DNA of 64,000 nucleotides from an uncultured candidate division Zixibacteria bacterium (GCA_963713865.1 OY970208.1:64001-128000), one strand, 5' to 3'. Positions 47,766-56,882 are shown, counted from the first letter of the stretch. The notes: generated by a model not told the origin, from the sequence alone. Numbers and translations: made by a program.

Positions 47766-48857
47766 TTAATCTCCAAAATATGTTCCTAAGGAGCGTGCAG
47801 ATTTTATCAAGGGATAATCTAAAGGAACTGTCTTGGGTCCCTGAGCCACGGTTTTTAAAGGCACTTTAACCAATGAACTGTTTTTTACTCCAACCATATA
47901 TCCAAATTCTTTTTTTACCACCATATCAACTGCCCTAACACCTAACTGTGTTGCTAGTATCCGGTCAAAAGGGGTAGGAGCTCCTCCTCTTTGAAGATGA
48001 CCCATTACCACAGTCCGAGTTTCAAGTCCGGTTATTTTTTCTATCTGTTCTCCGAGGACAAAACCTATTCCTCCGAGTCGAATTGGATCTGCGCTCTTTT
48101 TCACTATCCTTTGTATCACAACTTTGCCACCTTTGGGTTTAGCTCCTTCAGCCACTATCACAATGCTGAACCTCTTTCCCCTCCTGTTTCTTTCTTCAAC
48201 CTTTTTAGTTACTATTTTAATATCGTATGGAATCTCCGGAATGAGGATAATATCAGCTCCTCCTGCCACTCCCGAATGAAGCGCAATCCACCCGGAACTG
48301 TGACCCATAACCTCTAAAATCATAATTCGGTGATGAGATTCTGCAGTGCTATGAATCCTGTCGATCCCTTCAGTAGCAATCCATACAGCAGAATCAAAAC
48401 CAAAACTAATATCCGTTCCCTTCAAATCGTTGTCAATGGTCTTAGGCACTCCTACAATGAGGATCCCTTCTTTAAACAGTTTGTAGGCTATACCCAGGGT
48501 ACCATCTCCTCCTACGCAAACCAGGCAGTCAAGGTCAAGGTTTTTTATATTCTGAATTGCATTTTTCGATAGATCTTTAAATTCTATTCTATCCCTCTTG
48601 ATTACAGGATACTTATATGGATTTGCGGTTTTAGAAGTACCCAATATTGTGCCACCCAGAGTAAGTATCCCTGAAACATCGTTATATTCGAGTTTCCTGT
48701 GTCGATTACTTATTAGCCCTTCATAACCATCCTCTATCCCTATAACTTCCATATCTTTCTCCAGGATGGCTTTCTTTGTTACCGCACGTATTACAGCATT
48801 TATACCGGGACAATCTCCTCCGCCAGTGAGAATTCCGATTCTTTTTTTCTTTTTCAT
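47766..48857 (-). CDS. pfkA: 6-phosphofructokinase (PfkA family)
   Basis: GGGDCPGIN, GGTILGT, GGDGT, PKTIDND, EVMG, GHLQRGG. Confidence 0.95.
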   Translation of the reverse strand: MKKKKRIGILTGGGDCPGINAVIRAVTKKAILEKDMEVIGIEDGYEGLISNRHRKLEYNDVSGILTLGGTILGTSKTANPYKYPVIKRDRIEFKDLSKNAIQNIKNLDLDCLVCVGGDGTLGIAYKLFKEGILIVGVPKTIDNDLKGTDISFGFDSAVWIATEGIDRIHSTAESHHRIMILEVMGHSSGWIALHSGVAGGADIILIPEIPYDIKIVTKKVEERNRRGKRFSIVIVAEGAKPKGGKVVIQRIVKKSADPIRLGGIGFVLGEQIEKITGLETRTVVMGHLQRGGAPTPFDRILATQLGVRAVDMVVKKEFGYMVGVKNSSLVKVPLKTVAQGPKTVPLDYPLIKSARSLGTYFGD

Positions 48858-49101
48858 ACAGTACCTATCTGTTTTATTACTTTTTAATTATTTACTACAT
48901 CATCCATTTAGTCGATAAGTCTACCTCTGTGAATTCTTACCTAAGATACAAGCATGTTAATAAGACTGAAAAAACAGAAGTTAAGGGAAATCATAAGAAC
49001 AAGTTGAGGGGCTTTTTTGTTCTGTCAGGTACTAGACCTGGTGCGCCTTAGGCTAATCAGGAGAATTTCCTGACATATCACACAAAAGATAAAGTCAGCG
49101 A

Positions 49102-49647
49102 CTAAACCGCTTCCATCCCTTTTTTCAAAGCCTCAGTATCTAAATTTATGATCTCCTGCCTGGCACGGGGGAAGACTTTCTTTAAAGATTTTTTAAGAGC
49201 ATCAAAGGAAATCGCACCGGTAAGCCTGGAATAAGCTCCAATCATCACCATATTGGCGATCTTGGTGGTGCCTAATTTTTCGGCAATCTCATTTGCCTGA
49301 ATATAATGAACCTTTATGTCATCTCTTTTTGGCTTTCCTGAGATCAGGGAGCTATTTATCAAGAGAAGACCTCCTTTTCTTGCAGATGGTTCAAATTTGG
49401 TTAAAGAAGGTTCATTCATAACGATTAAAGTATCAGGATATGCCACCACGGGCGAAGCAACCTCCTCTGAGGAAACAACCACTGAGCAGTTTGCAGTTCC
49501 CCCCCTCATCTCTGCCCCATAAGCCGGGAAAAAGGTTACATATTTCCCCTCCGTCATCCCGGCATAGGCTAAAAGAATTCCTGCCGAGATTATTCCCTGC
49601 CCTCCGAAACCTGACATTATCACACCTTGATACATCCATTCCTCCAA
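49102..49647 (-). CDS. 2-oxoacid:ferredoxin oxidoreductase gamma subunit
   Basis: SGFGGQG, YGAEMRGG, ANMVMIG. Confidence 0.92.
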   Translation of the reverse strand: MEEWMYQGVIMSGFGGQGIISAGILLAYAGMTEGKYVTFFPAYGAEMRGGTANCSVVVSSEEVASPVVAYPDTLIVMNEPSLTKFEPSARKGGLLLINSSLISGKPKRDDIKVHYIQANEIAEKLGTTKIANMVMIGAYSRLTGAISFDALKKSLKKVFPRARQEIINLDTEALKKGMEAV

Positions 49648-49664
49648 TTTTAAGAGAACAAAAT

Positions 49665-50456
49665 CTAAACTGTCTCCAAGACCTTCTGGGTTTTTACCTT
49701 AGCTGTTTCCTTTTTCTCGTCTATGGTTTTATACTCACCTAAAGGGTAATAGGGAATCATCATCTTATCAACATAATCAATGGCTTGCAAAGGAGTCATA
49801 AACCAGTCAGTTGGACACTGAGAGACTATCTCAACCAGAGAGAAACCTAAATCCTCCATCTGTACCTGAAAAGCTTTTTTAATCGCCTTTTTAGCTTTTA
49901 AAACATTGGCTGGCTTATGCACCGAGACTCTGGCTAAATAGGCTGGAGCATCTAAAGAAGACAAAAGCTCACACATCTTAATCGGATATCCATTAACTCT
50001 TGGGTCTCTACCAAAGGGCGAAGTTGTAGATTTCATCCCTATAAGGGTAGTTGGTGCCATCTGTCCGCCGGTCATACCATAAATAGCATTGTTTACGAAG
50101 ATAATGGTTATCCTTTCTCCCCTGGCAGCTGAATGAATCGTCTCTGCCATACCGATCGAAGCCAAATCTCCATCCCCCTGATAGCTGAAAACGATACAAT
50201 CCGGTTTAACCCTTTTCATCCCGGTGGCAACTGCCGGACCCCTGCCGTGAGCTGGCTGAATCATATCGCAGTTAAAATATTCATCTGCAAAAACTGAACA
50301 TCCAACCGGTGCAATCCCGATGGTCCTTTTTCTTATGCCTAATTCCTCAATCGTTTCTGCTACTAATCTATGGATTACCCCGTGTCCACAGCCAGGACAA
50401 TATCGCATTAAGATTTCGGTTAAACCCTTGGTTCTCTCAAAAACTTTCTTCTCCAT
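49665..50456 (-). CDS. 2-oxoacid:ferredoxin oxidoreductase beta (TPP-binding) subunit
   Basis: YCPGCGHG, GDGD, NNAIYGMTGGQ, CPT; GGAGG SD before the ATG at 50456. Confidence 0.93.
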   Translation of the reverse strand: MEKKVFERTKGLTEILMRYCPGCGHGVIHRLVAETIEELGIRKRTIGIAPVGCSVFADEYFNCDMIQPAHGRGPAVATGMKRVKPDCIVFSYQGDGDLASIGMAETIHSAARGERITIIFVNNAIYGMTGGQMAPTTLIGMKSTTSPFGRDPRVNGYPIKMCELLSSLDAPAYLARVSVHKPANVLKAKKAIKKAFQVQMEDLGFSLVEIVSQCPTDWFMTPLQAIDYVDKMMIPYYPLGEYKTIDEKKETAKVKTQKVLETV

Positions 50457-50520
50457 AAATCCTCCCAAAAAAGCATGTAGCAAGTAGCTGGCAGCTTTTA
50501 AAAAATTCTTCTGTCTTAAA

Positions 50521-51582
50521 TCAACCTCTCATAATGTTTTTAACTACTTCCAAAACTTCCTCACCCGTGGGTATTCCACCCGAAGGTCTGCCGTGTAAAT
50601 AAACCTTGGCTTTACCTTCAACTGCTAATCTGACATCGTCCACTAATTGACCAAGGCTCATCTCCACAGTCAGAATCTTTTTAATTCGCTCTGAGAGTTT
50701 GCTGATAATCTTGGTTGGAAAAGGCCATAAAGTAGTAGGTCTTAAAAGCCCGATTTTTATACCCTCTTTTCTACCTGACATTAAAGCTGATTTTGAAATC
50801 CGGGAAGAGGTCCCGTAAGCTATCAAGAGAATCTCCGCATCCTCAACCTCGACCGCCTCGTATTTTACCTCCTTCTCCTCGATCTCTTTGTATTTTTCAT
50901 CTAATTTTAAAGTCATCTTTTCTAAAAATCCGGGCCTTAAGTCATAAGACCTAATCACTCTTCTTTCCCGACCTTCTGCATTTCCTAAAACCCATTCTTT
51001 CACAGGTAATTTAGAAGGATCAACCGGTTCAAAATCGAACTCTATCGGCTCCATCATCTGACCTAAAAGACCATCTGTAAGAACCATAGTAGCTATTCTG
51101 TACTTTTCAGCTAAATCATAACACTTCTTCGGGAAATTACCCATTTCGGAAACTGAATTGGGTGCAAAAACTATTACCCGGTAATCACCATGTCCACCCC
51201 CTCTGGTAGCTTGATAATAATCACCCTGAGATGGGGCAATATTCCCTAAACCCGGTCCTCCCCGCATCACATTTGCATAGAAGATTGGAAGATTAGCACC
51301 TGAAATATAAGAAATCCCTTCTTGCTTGAGACTTATACCAGGACCGGAAGAGGAGGTCATAACTCTGGCACCACAGGCAGAAGCACCAAAAAGCATATTT
51401 ATGGCCGCAACCTCACTTTCTGCTTGAATGAAAGTTCCACCAACCTCAGGCAGTCTCCAGGAAAGGTATTCCGGCACCTCGTTCTGGGGAGTAATTGGAT
51501 AACCGGAAAAAAACCTGCATCCAGCCCTTACCGCCCCTTCAGCTAAAGCCTCATTCCCCTTCATCAGTAACTTTTCACCCAT
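50521..51582 (-). CDS. 2-oxoacid:ferredoxin oxidoreductase alpha subunit (Vor-type, branched-chain)
   Basis: KGNEA, GYPITPQ, QAESE, TSSSGPG, RGGPGLG. Confidence 0.93.
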   Translation of the reverse strand: MGEKLLMKGNEALAEGAVRAGCRFFSGYPITPQNEVPEYLSWRLPEVGGTFIQAESEVAAINMLFGASACGARVMTSSSGPGISLKQEGISYISGANLPIFYANVMRGGPGLGNIAPSQGDYYQATRGGGHGDYRVIVFAPNSVSEMGNFPKKCYDLAEKYRIATMVLTDGLLGQMMEPIEFDFEPVDPSKLPVKEWVLGNAEGRERRVIRSYDLRPGFLEKMTLKLDEKYKEIEEKEVKYEAVEVEDAEILLIAYGTSSRISKSALMSGRKEGIKIGLLRPTTLWPFPTKIISKLSERIKKILTVEMSLGQLVDDVRLAVEGKAKVYLHGRPSGGIPTGEEVLEVVKNIMRG

Positions 51583-51615
51583 CTTTAAACTCTCCTTTAG
51601 TTCATCAAAAAATAA

Positions 51616-51819
51616 TCACTTATAGACTTCTATTGCCACATCCGGGCAAACCAGAGCACACAGGGTACAGCCGGTACATTTTTCCGGTTTAACCATAGTC
51701 GCAGGATAGTATCCGGTAGAGGCAAACTTCTCCGACATCCCGATAACCTTGTAGGGACAGGCTACCACGCAAAGCTCGCACCCTTTACATCTTTTGATAT
51801 CTACTTCGATCCTCGGCAT
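51616..51819 (-). CDS. 2x[4Fe-4S] ferredoxin (delta subunit)
   Basis: CKGCELCVVACP and CTGCTLCALVCP; GAGG SD before MPRIEVD. Confidence 0.92.
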   Translation of the reverse strand: MPRIEVDIKRCKGCELCVVACPYKVIGMSEKFASTGYYPATMVKPEKCTGCTLCALVCPDVAIEVYK

Positions 51820-51992
51820 ATTGACCTCTTTTGATTTAAAAAACAAAAAGATTAGATCAATTTAAAAAAATAAATCTGAAAAGCAAGCTTTTTTGTAACT
51901 TTTCTCGCAAACTAAAAACCGCCAAAAACAGATTAACTGGCGGTTATCAGGTAATTCAAATTTTTCTATTAAAACCTCTAATCTATAATAAA

Positions 51993-52184
51993 TTACTTAT
52001 AAAATCTATCCTGATTACATTTGCATACGCTCACATTTTTTCCCCTGAACTTCCAGGAGCCGTTATCAGCTTTGACCGATTCAACATACAGGATTGGTTG
52101 TTTAGCTCCACCACATTTTGGACAATAAACCACATGCTTTTCTTTTTTGACCTTTTCCGCAAAGGTCATCTGTTTTCTGGGCAT
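51993..52184 (-). CDS. Small basic Zn-ribbon protein (possibly DUF4295/bL38-like)
   Basis: AGGAG SD; MPRKQMTFAEKVKK, CPKC, NGSWKF, CKC; followed by a terminator-like hairpin near 51915-51945. Confidence 0.7.
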   Translation of the reverse strand: MPRKQMTFAEKVKKEKHVVYCPKCGGAKQPILYVESVKADNGSWKFRGKNVSVCKCNQDRFYK

Positions 52185-52193
52185 ATATCTCCT

Positions 52194-52394
52194 TTAAAAT
52201 CTAAATTTTAAATCTTGAATCAGCTTTTCACATTCTTTTCGGATGAGCAAAGCTTGATAAATCAACTCAGCTTTTTTATATTTGGAGCTTTTTTTAATCA
52301 AAGCGTCTCTAAATTTTTGCTCTGCTACTTTGAACTCCTTCGATTTTAGAGACTTGATACCATCTAAGAAAAGCTTGTCATCCTTTTCCATCAA
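52194..52394 (-). CDS. Small hypothetical protein
   Basis: 66-aa ORF in operon spacing with its neighbours. Confidence 0.55.
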   Translation of the reverse strand: MMEKDDKLFLDGIKSLKSKEFKVAEQKFRDALIKKSSKYKKAELIYQALLIRKECEKLIQDLKFRF

Positions 52395-52458
52395 CCTACC
52401 TTAATTTAAAACGTTTTCAGGGTAAAGCTTATTTGAAAATAAGAAAATAATGTTCGAT

Positions 52459-53202
52459 TTAATCTATTCCTATCTTTTTTTGTCTGAGGATTTTCCTGAG
52501 CCTCTCTAAATAAGGCTCAACCTTGTATCTATTCTGTTTCAAATAGTAGATCAGGGAGGCAGTGAAGAATTCATCCTCTTTTGAAGGTTTAACCTCCAGG
52601 TTCTTTATCTGGTAATCCAGGATGGTGAGCAGATGGTCCTTGGGTTTATAAAAATAGTCCATCAGGTCAAGCTGATAACTTAACGCTCTTTGATACCTCC
52701 CTTTAAGATCAGTTCCACCTTTATCTATAGCCCCTATCTCCTCTTTTAATTTAAGTAAAGACTCATCCAACTGCACGAAATCAACCAACCCTAAAGGCGT
52801 ATATTCCCAGCCTCTTCTTCTCAGATTCTCCCTGATAAAGGAATTTGCCTGTAGTAAGATTTTCTCTTCTCTCTGATAGAATCTTTCATCTTTACCTAAT
52901 ATCTCTTTATAGTCTCTCATCCTTTCTATACACTCGATTACCCTTTGTATGTGTGTTTTTTTAATAGATTTGGAATTAAATTCTGCCCCTTCGATTTTTA
53001 GCCAGTTCTCCAAGCCCTTAAACCTTTCTTTTATAAGCCAGTAATCCTTGCTTTTACCCAGGGCTATATCCTCCAGGCTTTCGATCTTTTGATCTAGCAC
53101 CCATTCCTCTTCCTCTTTTCTAACAGTCTTTTCTAAAAAACTATCGATTGACTTCTTAAGATTCTCCAAAACCTCTTTTAATTCCACAGGTTCATTCCTC
53201 AC
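52459..53202 (-). CDS. Hypothetical helical protein
   Basis: 247-aa ORF overlapping the DUF4388 gene end. Confidence 0.75.
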   Translation of the reverse strand: MRNEPVELKEVLENLKKSIDSFLEKTVRKEEEEWVLDQKIESLEDIALGKSKDYWLIKERFKGLENWLKIEGAEFNSKSIKKTHIQRVIECIERMRDYKEILGKDERFYQREEKILLQANSFIRENLRRRGWEYTPLGLVDFVQLDESLLKLKEEIGAIDKGGTDLKGRYQRALSYQLDLMDYFYKPKDHLLTILDYQIKNLEVKPSKEDEFFTASLIYYLKQNRYKVEPYLERLRKILRQKKIGID

Positions 53203-53989
53203 TATATTTTTCTAAACTGCGGTTGAACTGTTCCAGGAGCTTTTCCAGCTTGTCAGTTTTCATCTCCAGACTCGGTTTTTTAACCGTTTCAATTAGCCCC
53301 GCCAGATAAAGACCTGCTAATTTTTTCAAAGTCTCGATCTTATCCGCTTTCGAATCATCCAAAATCTTTTTAATATCCCGATGACCATCCACCAAAGTTA
53401 AAAGATTCCATTCCTCAGACTTAAAACTGATATCCTTCCCCCTTTCATCCTCAGTTGGAGCCAAGCCCAGAACCGTATCAAAAGGGGGTAGTTTTTTCTT
53501 CAATCTTTCCAACTCATCTGACCTTCTAACGCTCTCTAAAATCAAATTCTCAGTGGAAATCTTTATGGTTATCTCCTCCTGAGTTGGGAATCTATTCTCA
53601 TAAAATTTGAAATTCCCTTTTTCCCATTTAAGGAGATCGTAGATCACCTCTTCCACCTGCAGACGCACCAGCTCCTCTAACTGTTTTCTGGTGATAAAAT
53701 TTTCCAGGATAAGGAGCTCCCCGATCCTTTTCTTCCCTTTAAGCTCTTTCTGTATCTGGGTAATCTTCTGTAGCTGAGCAGGAGTTATTCTCCCTTTCTT
53801 GAGGAGTAACTCTCCTAATCTGAGACGGTTATAGGGGTTATGGGCAAAGATAATGTTCCCCTCGCGGAAATAGACCATTATCACATCCTCCCCCCTTTGC
53901 ACTCCCAATGTCCCGCTTTTCCTGCAGGCGCTCAAAAGCTGAAAGATATCTGAAAGCTGAAATTTCTCTACATCACCTTGAAGTTCCAT
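53192..53989 (-). CDS. DUF4388 (PatA-N) protein with MshEN-like motifs
   Basis: LQGDV..F.LSDIFQLL..KSGTL; RLGELLLKKG and RIGELLILEN; WEKGNFKF. Confidence 0.85.
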   Translation of the reverse strand: MELQGDVEKFQLSDIFQLLSACRKSGTLGVQRGEDVIMVYFREGNIIFAHNPYNRLRLGELLLKKGRITPAQLQKITQIQKELKGKKRIGELLILENFITRKQLEELVRLQVEEVIYDLLKWEKGNFKFYENRFPTQEEITIKISTENLILESVRRSDELERLKKKLPPFDTVLGLAPTEDERGKDISFKSEEWNLLTLVDGHRDIKKILDDSKADKIETLKKLAGLYLAGLIETVKKPSLEMKTDKLEKLLEQFNRSLEKYSEE

Positions 53990-54040
53990 AAGTCTTATCC
54001 ACCAGTTCAAATAAAGATTTCTCAGGTAATCTATACTATT

Positions 54041-54068
54041 AATTCGGAAGGATAAGCGAAATCCTTAA
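54041..54068 (-). promoter_or_regulatory. Putative sigma28-type promoter
   Basis: TTAA-N16-TCCGAATT. Confidence 0.4.
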
Positions 54069-54136
54069 GACCCTAAGCGATCTTAAAATCTGAAAATCTA
54101 TATAATGCATCCGAGAATATGAATTCCTGAATCAAA

Positions 54137-54329
54137 TGTCATTGCAAGGAGTCTCGCCAAAGGCGGACGACGAAGCAATCCGCTTCCGGTAGAGTAAACA
54201 GATTGCTTCGTTCCGATAAATCGGAACTCTCAATGACAGCATAGGTATCTCCTTCTTGCCCTCTCCGAATTTGGATCCGTAGGAAAGGTGGGGTCAGAAA
54301 AAACAGAGACGCATGCTATGCGTCTCTAC
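54137..54329. repeat. Palindrome mosaic (family B, degenerate D, family A)
   Basis: TGTCATTGC...GAAGCAATC...GATTGCTTCG...CAATGACA 54137-54238; AGAGACGCAT-GCT-ATGCGTCTCT 54305-54329. Confidence 0.8.
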
Positions 54330-54358
54330 TAAATTAAAATCTGATTTAATATCAACAC

Positions 54359-55786
54359 TTAGAACAGCCCGAATTTTTTCATCCGGTCTCTGAGAGTATT
54401 GCGGCTCACTCCCAAAAGTTCTGAGGTCTTAACCTGGTTACCCTGGCAATACTTTAGAGAAAGATCGAAGACCGTTCTTTCCAGGGCTTCCTCTAAATGG
54501 TCGTAGATATGTCCATCCGAATTAGCCAGGATCTTGGGGAAGTTAGGCTCTAAAATCTCGGAGAAAACCTTATAGTAATCTTTTTTGATTTTTTCGAAAT
54601 CTATCTCCAGCCTTTCCCTGTTTTCGCTATGAATAGGAAAATGCTCTGGCAAAAGCAGTCCGCCTTTGCTCATCACTACTGCAGTATGAATATTATTCTC
54701 TAACTCCCGAACATTTCCAGGCCAGGGGTATTTCTGTAAAACCTTTAATCCGGAATCGGATATGCCTTCCACATTCTTACTGATTAGTCTGGCATATTTT
54801 TTAAGAAAGTACTCAGCTAAAAGTGGAATATCAGATCTCCTTTCACGCAAGGGGGGTAAATAGACCGATACCACTTTGAGCCTGTAGAAAAGGTCAACCC
54901 GGAAATTCCCCTCCTTGATACAATTTACCAGACTCTTATTAGTAGCGGCAATTATCCTCACATCAACTTTTGTGCTCTGGTTACCACCTACCCTCTCAAA
55001 TTCATGTTCCTGCAATACTCGTAAAACTTTACTCTGGGTCATCAGGCTCATATCTGCGATCTCATCCAAAAAAATAGTCCCTTTATCTCCCTGTTCAAAT
55101 TTCCCCAGTCTTCTCTGGTAAGCTCCGGTAAAAGCGCCTTTTTCAAAGCCAAAAAGCTCTGATTCCAGTAGAGCTTCTGGCAAAGCCGCACAGTTGACCG
55201 AAAGGAAAGGTTTGTCTTTTCTTAAACTATTTCGATGAATTGCCCGGGCTACTAACTCTTTGCCGGTCCCGCTTTCACCCATTACCAGAACCGATGCATC
55301 CGTGGGAGCTACCTGACCAATGAGTTTAGCTATTTCCACGATCTCTGGACTTTTCCCTACGATTAAATCTTCTTCCTCTTCTGGTTTATCTCCTTTATCA
55401 AAGCTGGATGAATCCCCTCCTCCTTTTTTCTCCTGCAGGGCTTTATCCACAACTTTGGCAAGCTTCTCCAGCTGAAAAGGCTTGGTTACAAATTCATACG
55501 CCCCCTCTTTCATGGTCTCTATTGCCGCTTCAGTGGAGATAAATCCGGTAATGACTATCACTGGAATTTTCAGTTCTTTTTCCTTCATCTCTTTCAAGAT
55601 TTCAATCCCTGACATCCCCGGTAGATTTATATCCAACAAGACTAAATCTGGTTTAAGATTATTAATGTTTTCTAATGCTTCTTTACCATCGGAAAGAGTA
55701 TGAAGTTTTAAACTCTCCGTATTAAAATAATTATTAATAGATTCACAAATCTTGGGATCGTCTTCAATTAAGAGGATTTGTTTCAT
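54359..55786 (-). CDS. Sigma54-dependent response regulator (NtrC family)
   Basis: Receiver domain, GESGTGKE, GAFTGA, WPGNVRELEN, Fis-type HTH. Confidence 0.95.
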   Translation of the reverse strand: MKQILLIEDDPKICESINNYFNTESLKLHTLSDGKEALENINNLKPDLVLLDINLPGMSGIEILKEMKEKELKIPVIVITGFISTEAAIETMKEGAYEFVTKPFQLEKLAKVVDKALQEKKGGGDSSSFDKGDKPEEEEDLIVGKSPEIVEIAKLIGQVAPTDASVLVMGESGTGKELVARAIHRNSLRKDKPFLSVNCAALPEALLESELFGFEKGAFTGAYQRRLGKFEQGDKGTIFLDEIADMSLMTQSKVLRVLQEHEFERVGGNQSTKVDVRIIAATNKSLVNCIKEGNFRVDLFYRLKVVSVYLPPLRERRSDIPLLAEYFLKKYARLISKNVEGISDSGLKVLQKYPWPGNVRELENNIHTAVVMSKGGLLLPEHFPIHSENRERLEIDFEKIKKDYYKVFSEILEPNFPKILANSDGHIYDHLEEALERTVFDLSLKYCQGNQVKTSELLGVSRNTLRDRMKKFGLF

Positions 55787-55827
55787 TTTATTGTATTTTC
55801 AATTTTTTTGAAAAACTCCTAATCTAT

Positions 55828-55854
55828 TAATCGGCAAAAGGAGAAGAATCTTAA
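55828..55854 (-). promoter_or_regulatory. Putative sigma28-type promoter
   Basis: TTAA-N15-GCCGATTA. Confidence 0.55.
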
Positions 55855-55888
55855 AGCAAAATGAGGTTTTTAAGAGGAGTATTATAAT

Positions 55889-55915
55889 AAAAAAAGCCCT
55901 CTACGAGGGCTTTTT
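55889..55915 (-). terminator. Rho-independent terminator of the PEP-CTERM gene
   Basis: AAAAAGCCCTC-TAC-GAGGGCTTTTT. Confidence 0.8.
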
Positions 55916-55943
55916 AAAACAATCACTAATCACCTTTTTTGAA

Positions 55944-56573
55944 TTACTTTCTAAATCTAAACCTGGATATACCACCCAGACCCAGAAGTCCGAATCCCAA
56001 CAGAGCTAAAGTTGAAGGCTCTGGAATAGGCGGAGTAGGTGGACCAAAAGTGCCAACATAAGTATCGCCGGCATTTCCCCAATTCTCGTCGATTGGCTGG
56101 AAATGAACCTTTATATTGAGTGGATTTGTATAGGGCAGGAATCTATCCGCTGTGGGTATTGGTCCTCCACTTCTATGGAAAGTCCAGCTAAACACGCCCA
56201 TAGTATAACCCATAGCAGGCGGGGGTACACCAGGCTGACCAAAAAGCCTGTAATATCCATCTGCAGGATAAGAACCGTTACCAGTCTGAAAATCTAATCT
56301 ATGGTCAGGATGACTTCCACCCCATCCAGTTGGCGAACTCCAGTTTATATCAACCCACTCTGAAGGTGAGGCTACTCGACCATTATCCACAGTCCATTTG
56401 AATATAGCATCTCTTGCAGGTCCCATATTTGTTAAGGTAAAATCATATCTGTAGTCATTCCCTCCTAATGCTATCAGAGCTACGCTTAAATCAAAAAACT
56501 GAGCATAAGAAACTGGCATTAAAACCAATAACAAAACTATCGTACCGAGTAATCCCAGAATTTTCTTTCTCAT
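55944..56573 (-). CDS. PEP-CTERM sorting domain-containing surface protein
   Basis: Signal peptide; C-terminal IPEPSTLALLGFGLLGLGGISRFRFRK. Confidence 0.93.
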   Translation of the reverse strand: MRKKILGLLGTIVLLLVLMPVSYAQFFDLSVALIALGGNDYRYDFTLTNMGPARDAIFKWTVDNGRVASPSEWVDINWSSPTGWGGSHPDHRLDFQTGNGSYPADGYYRLFGQPGVPPPAMGYTMGVFSWTFHRSGGPIPTADRFLPYTNPLNIKVHFQPIDENWGNAGDTYVGTFGPPTPPIPEPSTLALLGFGLLGLGGISRFRFRK

Positions 56574-56625
56574 TTTACCTCCTTATTTTTTTAAGGTCCA
56601 GATACATTTTTTCATCTTTTAAAAA

Positions 56626-56643
56626 TAGCAAAAGTGGTGCCAA
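56626..56643 (-). promoter_or_regulatory. Sigma54 (-24/-12) promoter
   Basis: TTGGCAC-CACTT-TTGCTA, canonical spacing, 53 nt upstream of the PEP-CTERM ATG. Confidence 0.85.
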
Positions 56644-56743
56644 ATAAAAAAAATTTAAACTGTCTTATTAAGTTATTTATTTCTAAGGGGTTAAGTTGAG
56701 TAAAAGGATTTAGATTCAGAGCATTTAAAATGTCTTTTTAAAC

Positions 56744-56760
56744 TGTCCAAATCTATGACA
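56744..56760. promoter_or_regulatory. Candidate enhancer (PrsR) binding site
   Basis: TGTC-N9-GACA palindrome about 100 nt upstream of the sigma54 site; IHF-like TAAGTTATTTATT at 56669-56681 in between. Confidence 0.4.
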
Positions 56761-56882
56761 TTGTTATCTTTCTTTTATGTTAACTATCTATCTTATAAAA
56801 GGTTATTAAATTAAAGGAAACTGGACACTTTTAGGTTTCTTTTTGGAGAAATGATGAATAAGAGAATTAATATTGTTTTATA

